43,920 bases of DNA. Source: an uncultured Eubacteriales bacterium. Lineage in GTDB: Bacteria; Bacillota; Clostridia; Christensenellales; Pumilibacteraceae. The number at the start of each line of letters is the position of its first letter. The stretch's first letter is position 1. Both the position numbers and the translations under genes were made by a program. The stretch is from the NCBI GenBank assembly GCA_949289095.1, contig CASEMM010000113.1, positions 1-43,920 on the forward strand, written 5' to 3'. A model generated the notes under the pieces. The model saw only the letters and a list, made by a program, of their open reading frames with translations, ran no database searches and was not told the origin of the DNA. Below, piece by piece: positions 27,419 through 34,960 of this stretch.

Positions 27419-27460
27419 TGATCATCCTCCGTTAAGCGCAATCGAATGCACGTATATAAT

Positions 27461-27489
27461 ATAATAACACATCCGCCTGTGATTGACAA
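27461..27489 (-). promoter_or_regulatory. Sigma-A promoter TTGTCA-17-TGtTATTAT for the dnaD-like operon
   Basis: On the minus strand: TTGTCA (27489-27484), 17 nt, TATTAT (27466-27461), with an upstream TGT. Confidence 0.6.
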
Positions 27490-27502
27490 GCGCTTTGCGC
27501 TT

Positions 27503-27539
27503 CGAAAAAGCGCGGCGCGGGATATTTCCCGCGCCGCGC
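27503..27539 (-). terminator. Rho-independent terminator of cysS
   Basis: 13-bp perfect stem GCGCGGCGCGGGA/TCCCGCGCCGCGC (27510-27522/27527-27539), followed on the minus strand by TTTTT (27509-27505). Confidence 0.85.
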
Positions 27540-27566
27540 GGCGGCAGCGTCATGCCGCATGCGTTT

Positions 27567-28952
27567 TTATCCGTTCTTTTTCAGCGTATATCCGTCTTTT
27601 GAATCGAGGACTGTCCAGCCCTTTTCCGCCAGTTCGGCACGAAGCGCGTCGCTCTCCGCCCAGTTTTTCGCCCTGCGTGCGGCGAGCCGTTTTTCCGCAA
27701 GTTCTTTCACTTCGGGCGGGATATCGTCATCGTGTTTCTCGTCGCATTTGTCCAGCGAGAGTCCGAGCACTTTGTCGGCGCGCATAGCCGCGTCGTAAAT
27801 ATCGCGCGACGGGGGATTTTTGAGAAGCGTCCACAGTTCTCCCAGCCCGAGCGGAATATTGAGGTCGTCGCTGACCGCGTCGGCAAAAGTCCTGTCGAAG
27901 TCCGCTATCGTTGCGGGATCGGTTTTTGTATCCGAATGTTTGCAAGCGGCTGTCAGCGCGAGCAGGCGGGAATATGCCGTCTTTGCGCCGTCCATGCCCT
28001 CGAACGTGAAGTTGAGCTTTTTGCGGTAATGCGTGTTGAGACAGAAGTAGCGGAAGTCCATGGGGGAGTAGCCCTTTTCCGCAAGTTCGTCCAGCGTGTA
28101 TGTGTTGCCCAGACTCTTGCTCATTTTGCGCCCGTCAACCTGCATGAATTCGACGTGCATCCAGTAGTGAACCGCGGGGTGACCGAGCAGCGCTTCCGAC
28201 TGCGCTATTTCGTTTTCGTGGTGAATGGGTATGTGATCGACTCCTCCGGTGTGTATGTCGAACGTGTCGCCGAGATACTTGCGCGACATCGTCGAGCACT
28301 CTATGTGCCAGCCCGGATAACTGCGTCCCCACGGCGAATCCCATTGCATTATGTGTTCTTTGGGAGCTTTCTTCCAGAGCGCGAAGTCAGCCGGATTGCG
28401 CTTTTCTCCGTTGACGTCCACGCGCGCGCCCGCAATATTGTCGGAAAGGCGGGTATTGCCGGACAGTTTGCCGTATGAAGGGAATTTCGATATGTCGAAA
28501 TAAATTCCGTCGCTCGTTTCGTATCCGTAACCTTTTTCCACGAGCTGTTCGACGAATCCGAGCATGTCTGCAATGTGATCCGTGGCTTTTGCGACGATTT
28601 CGGGACGCTCTATGTTCAGCTTATCCGTGTCCTCGAAGAACAGCTTCGTGAAGTGCTCCGCGATCTCCCACGGCGTTTTGCCCGTCTTTTTCGCCGCGTT
28701 TTCCATCTTGTCGTCGCCGTCGTCCGCGTCCGAGGTCAGGTGACCGACGTCCGTTATGTTCATGACGCCGAGCAGCTTATAGCCGTTGAATTTTATTACG
28801 CGGCGCAGCGTGTCCATAAATATGTATGCGCGCATGTTTCCCATGTGCGCGCGGGAATACACCGTCGGTCCGCACGAATACATGCGCACTTCGCCGGGGT
28901 GTACGGTGATGAGTTCTTCTTTTTTCCGGGTGAGTGTGTTGTAAACTATCAT
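27567..28952 (-). CDS. cysS: Cysteine--tRNA ligase
   Basis: [16 protein letters not shown] (HIGH region) and KMSKSLGN (KMSKS). ATG 28952 overlaps the cysE stop (ATGA). Confidence 0.95.
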   Translation of the reverse strand: MIVYNTLTRKKEELITVHPGEVRMYSCGPTVYSRAHMGNMRAYIFMDTLRRVIKFNGYKLLGVMNITDVGHLTSDADDGDDKMENAAKKTGKTPWEIAEHFTKLFFEDTDKLNIERPEIVAKATDHIADMLGFVEQLVEKGYGYETSDGIYFDISKFPSYGKLSGNTRLSDNIAGARVDVNGEKRNPADFALWKKAPKEHIMQWDSPWGRSYPGWHIECSTMSRKYLGDTFDIHTGGVDHIPIHHENEIAQSEALLGHPAVHYWMHVEFMQVDGRKMSKSLGNTYTLDELAEKGYSPMDFRYFCLNTHYRKKLNFTFEGMDGAKTAYSRLLALTAACKHSDTKTDPATIADFDRTFADAVSDDLNIPLGLGELWTLLKNPPSRDIYDAAMRADKVLGLSLDKCDEKHDDDIPPEVKELAEKRLAARRAKNWAESDALRAELAEKGWTVLDSKDGYTLKKNG

Positions 28953-29608
28953 TGTTCGTCCTCGCTGCAATCGCACGGCGATTTGCCTGCGGCGGTTTCC
29001 AGCCGTCTTATTCTGCGTTCGAGCGCGTTCAGTTTATCTTCGACGGGGTCGGGAAGAGCCTGATCGAGGTCGTCCGTGCGTTCTCCGTTGAGCCTGACCA
29101 CGACTCCCGGCACGCCGACGACGGTGGCGTTTGCGGGAACGTCTTTGAGAACGACGCTGCCCGCGCCTATCTTTGCGTTTCGCCCTATCGTTATCGGTCC
29201 GAGCACTTTCGCTCCCGCGCTTATCATTACGCCGCTTTCGACGGTAGGGTGGCGTTTGCCCTTGTCTTTGCCCGTGCCGCCCAGCGTCGCGCCCTGATAT
29301 ATCGTCACGTTGTTGCCGATCTCCGCGGTTTCGCCGATAACTACGCCCGTGCCGTGGTCTATGAAAACGCCGTATCCGATCTTCGCGCCGGGATGTATTT
29401 CGATGCCGGTAAAAAATCTGCCGATCGACGAGATCATTCTTGCGATCAGCTTAAACCCCCTGACGTGCAGGTAGTGCGCGATGCGGTACAGCACGAGCGC
29501 GTGAAATCCGTTATACGTCAGAACGATTTCCCATGCGCCTGTAGCTGCGGGATCGTGCGTGCGCGCCGCTTCGAGGTCCGCCTTGATTTTGTTTATTTTT
29601 CTCTTCAT
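28949..29608 (-). CDS. cysE: Serine O-acetyltransferase
   Basis: [30 protein letters not shown]-terminal helix domain and hexapeptide repeats [11 protein letters not shown]...[22 protein letters not shown]. Confidence 0.92.
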   Translation of the reverse strand: MKRKINKIKADLEAARTHDPAATGAWEIVLTYNGFHALVLYRIAHYLHVRGFKLIARMISSIGRFFTGIEIHPGAKIGYGVFIDHGTGVVIGETAEIGNNVTIYQGATLGGTGKDKGKRHPTVESGVMISAGAKVLGPITIGRNAKIGAGSVVLKDVPANATVVGVPGVVVRLNGERTDDLDQALPDPVEDKLNALERRIRRLETAAGKSPCDCSEDEQ

Positions 29609-29629
29609 ACGCAGTCTCCGCGGCGCGTA

Positions 29630-30040
29630 TCAGAGGAAAGAAAGCAGGTCGAGTACCGCGCCGAATTTGCTCACACCCTCATCATATTCTTTTTCATCGG
29701 TCAGAATGCCTTTGAATTTGTCTTCGAGCGCAATGACGGTGCGTTTGAGCACGTCCATGCCCTTGTCCGTTATCGCATACATTACGGCGCGCCTGTCGTC
29801 GGGACGGCGTGTCTTTGTAAGTTCGCCGTCTTTCTGCATTTTCCCGGTAAGCAGAGCGAGATTGGATTTGACCATGCACAGCTTGCTCATCAGTTCGGCG
29901 GGAGAAAGAGGTCCGCCCGAAAGCAGATAAAGCAGCTTTATCCGGAGAGTGAGCGGCTCCGCCTGCGTGCCTGAAAGATTGCAAGCGCTCCGCGACGCTA
30001 TATCGAGTTCTATCAGCAGTTCGCCCGCCGACTTTCTCAT
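29630..30040 (-). CDS. MarR-family transcriptional regulator
   Basis: Winged-helix segment LSPAELMSKLCMVKSNLALLTGKMQKDGELTKTRRPDDRRAVMYAITDKG. SD AAGGGGG before ATG 30040. Ends 21 bp upstream of cysE. Confidence 0.8.
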   Translation of the reverse strand: MRKSAGELLIELDIASRSACNLSGTQAEPLTLRIKLLYLLSGGPLSPAELMSKLCMVKSNLALLTGKMQKDGELTKTRRPDDRRAVMYAITDKGMDVLKRTVIALEDKFKGILTDEKEYDEGVSKFGAVLDLLSFL

Positions 30041-30096
30041 GACGTGACCCCCTTGGCGGAGCGGTCGAATGCCGCGTATCCGCATTGCTTTGGATT

Positions 30097-30125
30097 ATTA
30101 TATAATAACGCGGCGGGTTCGTCAA
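30097..30125 (-). promoter_or_regulatory. Sigma-A promoter TTGACG-17-TATAAT for marR-cysE-cysS
   Basis: On the minus strand: TTGACG (30125-30120), 17 nt, TATAAT (30102-30097). About 55-nt leader. Confidence 0.6.
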
Positions 30126-30231
30126 GCGATATTCGGAATCTCTTTCCGCGCATTTTGCGGCGGGCAGCCGCTTCCGCTGTCCTTCGCGCCCGAATTTCAT
30201 ACCGAAATGGCAATTTTTTTTCAAAAAAGTA

Positions 30232-30260
30232 TTGCAAAAGTTGCAAGTATATGCTAAAAT
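30232..30260 (+). promoter_or_regulatory. Sigma-A promoter TTGCAA-17-TGcTAAAAT for spoVG
   Basis: TTGCAA at 30232-30237, TGC+TAAAAT at 30252-30260. Confidence 0.6.
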
Positions 30261-30320
30261 AATTATACAGTCACCGAAACGGTGCAGTGAGAAAAATAAT
30301 CAAACAGGAAGGGTCACACA

Positions 30321-30602
30321 ATGAACATTACGGAAGTTCGTGTAAGACTGGTCAAAAAGGAAGAGGGTAAGCTGAAAGCCGTGGCATCCGTAACGATAGA
30401 CGATTGTTTCGTCATCCATGACGTGAAGATAATCGAGGGCGCGGAAGGATGCTTTATCGCTATGCCTTCCAAACGCACGCCGGACGGCGAATATAAGGAC
30501 ATAGTGCATCCTCTTAACACGGAAACGCGCGAAATGATGGGGCGCGCCGTGCTCGCCGAGTATGAAAAGGCGAAGAGAGAGTCGGAAAGCGCGGGTGTAT
30601 GA
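30321..30602 (+). CDS. spoVG: Septation protein SpoVG
   Basis: [40 protein letters not shown]...[22 protein letters not shown] is nearly invariant SpoVG sequence. Confidence 0.95.
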   Translation: MNITEVRVRLVKKEEGKLKAVASVTIDDCFVIHDVKIIEGAEGCFIAMPSKRTPDGEYKDIVHPLNTETREMMGRAVLAEYEKAKRESESAGV

Positions 30603-30693
30603 CCCGTTTTCTCCGACTATGCAGAGGATGATCCGGACAGTATCGGCGCGGTGCATGCGCCGTACGCCGTATGCGCCGCATAGTTGCGGCGAC

Positions 30694-30726
30694 AGACCGC
30701 AGATCGGAAAGGTCTGCGGTTTTTGC
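30694..30726 (+). terminator. Rho-independent terminator of spoVG
   Basis: ACCGCAGA-tcggaaagg-TCTGCGGT followed by TTTTT. Confidence 0.8.
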
Positions 30727-30737
30727 GTGTCAAAGTG

Positions 30738-30766
30738 TTGCAATACGCGGCGCGTTGTGTTACAAT
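30738..30766 (+). promoter_or_regulatory. Sigma-A promoter TTGCAA-17-TGtTACAAT ending 6 nt before ATG 30773 (leaderless)
   Basis: TTGCAA at 30738-30743, TGT+TACAAT at 30758-30766, aaactc, ATG. No SD. Confidence 0.65.
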
Positions 30767-30772
30767 AAACTC

Positions 30773-31609
30773 ATGAAAGTTGCAAAAGACGACAGCGGAA
30801 TAACGGTTGAAGGGAGTGAATATTTTTCCGTCGCCGACACGCTGGAGTGCGGGCAGATGTTCCGTTTCGCGCCGCGCGGCGGCGGATATGAGGTGCGTTC
30901 GGCGGATAAGTCCTGCTTTTTGCGGCAGACGGAAAGCGGAGTCAGGATAGATACGTCCGATCCGGATTATTTTTACGGGTATTTCGCGCTTGACGAAGAT
31001 TACGGAGATTATTACGAGCGTCTGCACGCTTTTCCCGAACTGAAAGAAGCAAGCGAAGCCGGCAGGGGAATACGCCTGCTCCGCCAGGATCCGTTCGAGA
31101 TGATAATATCGTTCATCATCTCCGCGAACAACAACATTCCGCGGATAAAGGGCATCATAGAACGGCTTGCCGCGCGTGCCGGGCGGCGGACGAACGGCGG
31201 GTACGCGTTCCCGACGCGCGACGAACTGCTTCCGCTGACGCAGGCGGACTATGCCGCTCTCGGCGCGGGCTACCGCGACTCTTATCTGTACTCCGCCGTA
31301 CGAACGGTGACGGAAGATTTCCTGAATGAGCTGAAATCTCTGCCGACTGCGGAGGCGAGGAAGATGCTTCTCACCGTCAAGGGCGTGGGACCGAAAGTGG
31401 CGGACTGCATAGTGCTGTTCGGACTGGGCAGACGGGATTCCTTTCCGGTGGATACATGGATGAAAAAGGCGCTGGGCGGCGGAGAATTGGATACGCCCGT
31501 AAAGATTCACGACTTCTATATGGCGCGGTACGGAGATCTCGCCGGACTTGCGCAGCAATACATATTCCATTACGCGCGCAACGTGGTTTCGGCAGCGCGC
31601 AACGATTGA
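30773..31609 (+). CDS. ogg: 8-oxoguanine DNA glycosylase/AP lyase (HhH-GPD, Ogg-type)
   Basis: N-terminal ADTLECGQMFRF and HhH-GPD motif VKGVGPKVADCIVLFGLGRRDSFPVDTWMKK with the catalytic Lys/Asp pattern. Confidence 0.8.
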   Translation: MKVAKDDSGITVEGSEYFSVADTLECGQMFRFAPRGGGYEVRSADKSCFLRQTESGVRIDTSDPDYFYGYFALDEDYGDYYERLHAFPELKEASEAGRGIRLLRQDPFEMIISFIISANNNIPRIKGIIERLAARAGRRTNGGYAFPTRDELLPLTQADYAALGAGYRDSYLYSAVRTVTEDFLNELKSLPTAEARKMLLTVKGVGPKVADCIVLFGLGRRDSFPVDTWMKKALGGGELDTPVKIHDFYMARYGDLAGLAQQYIFHYARNVVSAARND

Positions 31610-31634
31610 CATATCCGCATGCGCGGCGTATAAT
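31606..31634 (+). promoter_or_regulatory. Consensus sigma-A promoter TTGACA-17-TATAAT ending 6 nt before ATG 31641 (leaderless)
   Basis: TTGACA at 31606-31611 contains the ogg TGA stop (31607-31609). TATAAT at 31629-31634, cgtagt, ATG. No SD. Confidence 0.7.
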
Positions 31635-31640
31635 CGTAGT

Positions 31641-32369
31641 ATGTTCGGAAAATACGAAAAGACGGGCGATATATCATACAGTCTCGGGGCTTTTCCCACG
31701 GTGGAGCTGATAAAGCGCCGCCCTCAGGATATCGAGCGCATAGCGCTCAGCTCCGATCTGCGCATGACGGACGAGCTGGAACGCATTCTCGCACCCGTGC
31801 GCGGCGTAACGGCTGTGGACGACAAAGCGATAGCGCGCGTTGCGAAAAAGGGCAACGTGTATATGGCGGGAGCGTTCCGCAAGCGCTTCGCGGAGTTCGG
31901 CGCGTGCAGTCACGTCGCGCTCGTACATCCGTCCGACGAGGGCAATCTCGGAACGATAATGCGCACCATGCTGGGATTCGGCATAAAGAATCTTGCCGTA
32001 ATAGGCGAGGGCAGCGCGGACGCGTATAACCCGAAAACGGTGCGCGCGTCCATGGGCGCGATATTTTCTCTCGATATATGCGTATATCCGGACTGGCAGG
32101 CGTATGCCGCCGCGCATAAAGAGCGCAGGCTGATGTTCATGCTGGACGGACGCAGCGTTACGCTCGGTTCGGTACGCGCGGAAGAGCCGTATGCGCTCGT
32201 GTTCGGCAACGAGGGGGCGGGACTTCCGCCGGAACTCGCGGAAGAGGGAACGCCGGTCATAATACGGCACAGCAGGGATATAGATTCGCTCAATCTGCCG
32301 CAGGCGGTTGCGATAGGACTATACGAAACGACAAAACACATTTTCAGCGGAGATACATATCATGAGTAA
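31641..32369 (+). CDS. TrmH/SpoU-family RNA 2'-O-methyltransferase
   Basis: SpoU motifs [24 protein letters not shown], and [16 protein letters not shown]. Confidence 0.8.
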   Translation: MFGKYEKTGDISYSLGAFPTVELIKRRPQDIERIALSSDLRMTDELERILAPVRGVTAVDDKAIARVAKKGNVYMAGAFRKRFAEFGACSHVALVHPSDEGNLGTIMRTMLGFGIKNLAVIGEGSADAYNPKTVRASMGAIFSLDICVYPDWQAYAAAHKERRLMFMLDGRSVTLGSVRAEEPYALVFGNEGAGLPPELAEEGTPVIIRHSRDIDSLNLPQAVAIGLYETTKHIFSGDTYHE

Positions 32370-33891
32370 CCGACAGACCGTAATCGTCCTCGACTTCGGA
32401 GGACAGTATAACCAGCTTATAGCGCGCCGCGTCCGCGAGTGCAGCGTGTACTGCGAACTGCTGCCCTATACGACGCCGACGGACAAGCTGCTTGCAAAAT
32501 CGCCGATAGGAATAATTTTCACGGGCGGACCGAGCACCGTTTACGAGGAGAACGCTCCGACGGTTGACAGCAGACTGCTCGAATCGGGTATTCCCGTGCT
32601 CGGCATTTGCTACGGATGTCAGCTCATCGCGCACATGTCGGGCGGCGTCGTCGCAACGGGTCCGCGCGAATACGGCCGTCAGACGCTCACTGCGGGAGAC
32701 AGCAGGCTGTTCGACGGCGTGAAAAAGACGTCGCTGTGCTGGATGAGTCACACGAGTTATATAGAAAAGCTCCCCGACGGATTCAGAGTGACGGCGACTA
32801 CCCCCACATGCCCCGTCGCGGCGGCGGAGTGCGAAGAGAAAAAACTGTACGGAGTGCAGTTCCACCCCGAAGTCATGCACACCGAAGAAGGAACGAAGAT
32901 ACTGCGCAACTTCCTCTATAACGTGTGCGGCGCGAAGGGCGACTGGACGATGGGCAACTTCGCCGCGGAAACGATTGCGCGTCTCAAAGAGAAGATAGGC
33001 GACAAAAAGGTGCTCTGCGCGCTTTCGGGCGGCGTGGACAGCGCGGTTGCGGCTACTCTCGTGCATAAGGCGTGCCCCAACCTCGTGTGCGTATACGTCG
33101 ATCACGGGCTTATGCGCAAGAACGAAACTGCGGAGATCGTGCGCGTGTTCCGCGACGAGCAGGGAATGAACCTCATCGCGGTGGACGCGGGCGAGCGTTT
33201 CCTCTCCAAGCTCAAAGGCGTGACCGAACCCGAAAAGAAGCGCAAGATAATAGGCGCGGAGTTCATCAAGGTGTTCGAGGAAGAGGCGAAGAAGATAGGC
33301 GCGGTGGATTATCTCGTGCAGGGTACGATATATCCCGACGTGATAGAGAGCGGACTGGGCGCGAGCGCAAAGATAAAGAGCCATCACAACGTGGGCGGAC
33401 TGCCCGACGTCGTGGACTTCAAGGAGATAGTCGAACCTCTGCGCGACCTGTTCAAGGACGAGGTGCGCGCGTGCGGCTTCGAGATAGGTCTGCCTGCGTC
33501 CATAGTCATGCGTCAGCCGTTCCCCGGTCCCGGGCTGGGCATACGCATAATAGGCGAAGTCACCGCCGAAAAGGTAAAGATATTGCAGGAAGCGGACTAT
33601 ATATACCGCGAAGAGATCGCCCGCGCGGGACTGGACAAGGATATATGGCAGTATTTCGCGGTGCTCACCAACGTGCAGACGGTGGGCGTCATGGGCGACG
33701 AGCGCACATACGACTATGTTTGCGGACTGCGCGCTGTCACGAGCGTGGACGGCATGACGGCGGACTGGGCGCGCATACCTTACGACGTGCTGGAAGTCAT
33801 TTCCTCACGCATAGTGAACGAGGTTAAAGGAATCAACCGCATAGCATACGACGTTACGTCCAAGCCTCCCGCAACGATAGAGTGGGAATAA
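32362..33891 (+). CDS. guaA: GMP synthase (glutamine-hydrolysing)
   Basis: GATase motif [11 protein letters not shown]-PPase P-loop SGGVDSAV, and the invariant C-terminus KPPATIEWE. Overlaps the upstream gene by 8 nt. Confidence 0.97.
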   Translation: MSNRQTVIVLDFGGQYNQLIARRVRECSVYCELLPYTTPTDKLLAKSPIGIIFTGGPSTVYEENAPTVDSRLLESGIPVLGICYGCQLIAHMSGGVVATGPREYGRQTLTAGDSRLFDGVKKTSLCWMSHTSYIEKLPDGFRVTATTPTCPVAAAECEEKKLYGVQFHPEVMHTEEGTKILRNFLYNVCGAKGDWTMGNFAAETIARLKEKIGDKKVLCALSGGVDSAVAATLVHKACPNLVCVYVDHGLMRKNETAEIVRVFRDEQGMNLIAVDAGERFLSKLKGVTEPEKKRKIIGAEFIKVFEEEAKKIGAVDYLVQGTIYPDVIESGLGASAKIKSHHNVGGLPDVVDFKEIVEPLRDLFKDEVRACGFEIGLPASIVMRQPFPGPGLGIRIIGEVTAEKVKILQEADYIYREEIARAGLDKDIWQYFAVLTNVQTVGVMGDERTYDYVCGLRAVTSVDGMTADWARIPYDVLEVISSRIVNEVKGINRIAYDVTSKPPATIEWE

Positions 33892-33917
33892 GGACGTTCG
33901 GATAAGGAGGAAAAGCG

Positions 33918-33959
33918 ATGACGGGAGACATAGGTTACGGTATATGGATATCGGCATAA
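33918..33959 (+). CDS. 13-codon mini-ORF (MTGDIGYGIWISA) behind a strong SD; coding status unknown
   Basis: AAGGAGGA lies 6 nt before ATG 33918; TAA at 33957-33959. Sits between the guaA stop and the terminator. Confidence 0.2.
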   Translation: MTGDIGYGIWISA

Positions 33960-34006
33960 TCATATATACGTATACGCGCTTCGGTCGTTATAACGGCGAT
34001 GGCATG

Positions 34007-34031
34007 ACCCGCGGGAAACCGCGGGTTTTTG
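34007..34031 (+). terminator. Rho-independent terminator downstream of guaA
   Basis: ACCCGCGG-gaaa-CCGCGGGT followed by TTTTT. Confidence 0.8.
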
Positions 34032-34082
34032 CGCGCCCGCCGAGCGCATGCCGGTTGCCGCGATAAAACCGTCCGACGGCGC

Positions 34083-34691
34083 TCACAGCGCGCCGCTTTC
34101 TTTCAGACGAGAAAGGTGTTTGAAGAACGCCGACTTTCCTATGCCGAGGTTTTTCATCGCCGCGCTGCGGGAAACGCGTCCTTCCGCATATCCGCGCATC
34201 GTGAGTATGAAATCGTCGGAATATACCGTGCGCGGCCGTCCGAATTTCACTCCGCGCGCCTTTGCGAGGCGGATGCCGTCCGCCCGGCGCGTGCGTATTT
34301 TCGTGCGCTCGTTTTCCGCAACGAACGAAAGCACCTGTAAAACGACGTCCGCGATGAATCTTCCCGCGAGCGTGCCGCCGCGCGAGCGCGTGTCGAGAAC
34401 GGGCATGTCTATAACGCAGATGTCCGCGCCTATCGTTTTCGTTATGCGTTTCCATTCGGAGAGTATCTGTTCGTAGTCCCGTCCCAATCTGTCGAGCGAA
34501 AGTATGACGAGGAGATCTCCGCGCCGCAGGACATCGGTCAGCCGTCTGTACTCCGTGCGCTCGAAGTCCTTACCGCTCCGTTTGTCCGAAAAAACGTTTT
34601 TTACGGGTACTCCGAATTTATCGAACGCTTCGAGCTGGCGGGCAAGATTCTGATCCGAACTCGAAACGCGCGCATATCCGTAAATATTCAT
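34083..34691 (-). CDS. Small serine recombinase (resolvase/invertase family)
   Basis: MNIYGYARVSSSDQ (catalytic Ser), SLDRLGRD, ENERTKIRTRRADGIRLAKARGVKFGRP, and a C-terminal HTH. SD GGAGGTG before ATG 34691. Confidence 0.88.
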   Translation of the reverse strand: MNIYGYARVSSSDQNLARQLEAFDKFGVPVKNVFSDKRSGKDFERTEYRRLTDVLRRGDLLVILSLDRLGRDYEQILSEWKRITKTIGADICVIDMPVLDTRSRGGTLAGRFIADVVLQVLSFVAENERTKIRTRRADGIRLAKARGVKFGRPRTVYSDDFILTMRGYAEGRVSRSAAMKNLGIGKSAFFKHLSRLKESGAL

Positions 34692-34741
34692 ATATGCACC
34701 TCCGTCGCATCTGCGTTGTACCGCGTAACGCAAAACAGCCG

Positions 34742-34767
34742 TCCGCGAAAAGTACGCGTTTCGCGGA
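34742..34767. repeat. Inverted repeat, left copy (26 bp, hix-like 12-2-12 site)
   Basis: TCCGCGAAAAGTACGCGTTTCGCGGA. Exact reverse complement of 34869-34894. Confidence 0.95.
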
Positions 34768-34798
34768 ATAATAATTTTGCGAAATTACGGCAATACTC

Positions 34799-34828
34799 TT
34801 GCAAATAATATCATATATGTGTTATACT
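34799..34828 (+). promoter_or_regulatory. Sigma-A promoter TTGCAA-18-TGtTATACT inside the IR-flanked cassette, facing the 34957 operon
   Basis: TTGCAA at 34799-34804, TGT at 34820-34822, TATACT at 34823-34828. A leftward extended -10 TGaTATTAT (34813-34805, minus strand) overlaps it. Confidence 0.6.
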
Positions 34829-34843
34829 GAATACGGAAATCGG

Positions 34844-34960
34844 ATGAAAAAACATGCGCATCATGCCGTCCGCGAAACGCGTACTTTTCGCGGAGACGGA
34901 GAAACGCCCGTTTCATCCGATCGTATCACGAAACGAAACGTCGTCTGGGGAGCAGGATGA
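34844..34960 (+). CDS. 38-codon upstream ORF spanning IR-R, ATGA-coupled to the operon's first gene (coding status uncertain)
   Basis: ATG 34844 ... TGA 34958-34960 overlaps ATG 34957. Peptide MKKHAHHAVRETRTFRGDGETPVSSDRITKRNVVWGAG. No clear SD. Confidence 0.25.
   Translation: MKKHAHHAVRETRTFRGDGETPVSSDRITKRNVVWGAG
34869..34894. repeat. Inverted repeat, right copy (26 bp)
   Basis: TCCGCGAAACGCGTACTTTTCGCGGA. Exact reverse complement of 34742-34767. Confidence 0.95.

Larger units (their letters stand above)
34742..34894. other. Candidate invertible promoter element (IRs plus 101-bp cassette)
   Basis: 26/26 inverted repeats flank a promoter-bearing A/T-rich 101-bp segment, 51 bp from the serine recombinase start codon. 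Confidence 0.55.

Noticed and set aside
32300-32362. Purine riboswitch or T-box upstream of guaA, and riboswitches in the other longer intergenic regions (5122-5242, 6332-6551, 30041-30320).
   Set aside because: guaA overlaps the preceding gene by 8 nt, so there is no leader. The other spacers are accounted for by promoters, terminators and short leaders, with no conserved riboswitch cores recognised.
34742-34894. The two 26-bp elements as ordinary hairpin terminators or generic REP-like palindromes.
   Set aside because: Neither is followed by a U tract. The 8-nt asymmetric centre is conserved exactly but in opposite orientation in the two copies, which is unexpected for independent terminators. 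I saw no further copies of the motif elsewhere in the window. The res/six-subsite alternative is not excluded and is noted in the finding.
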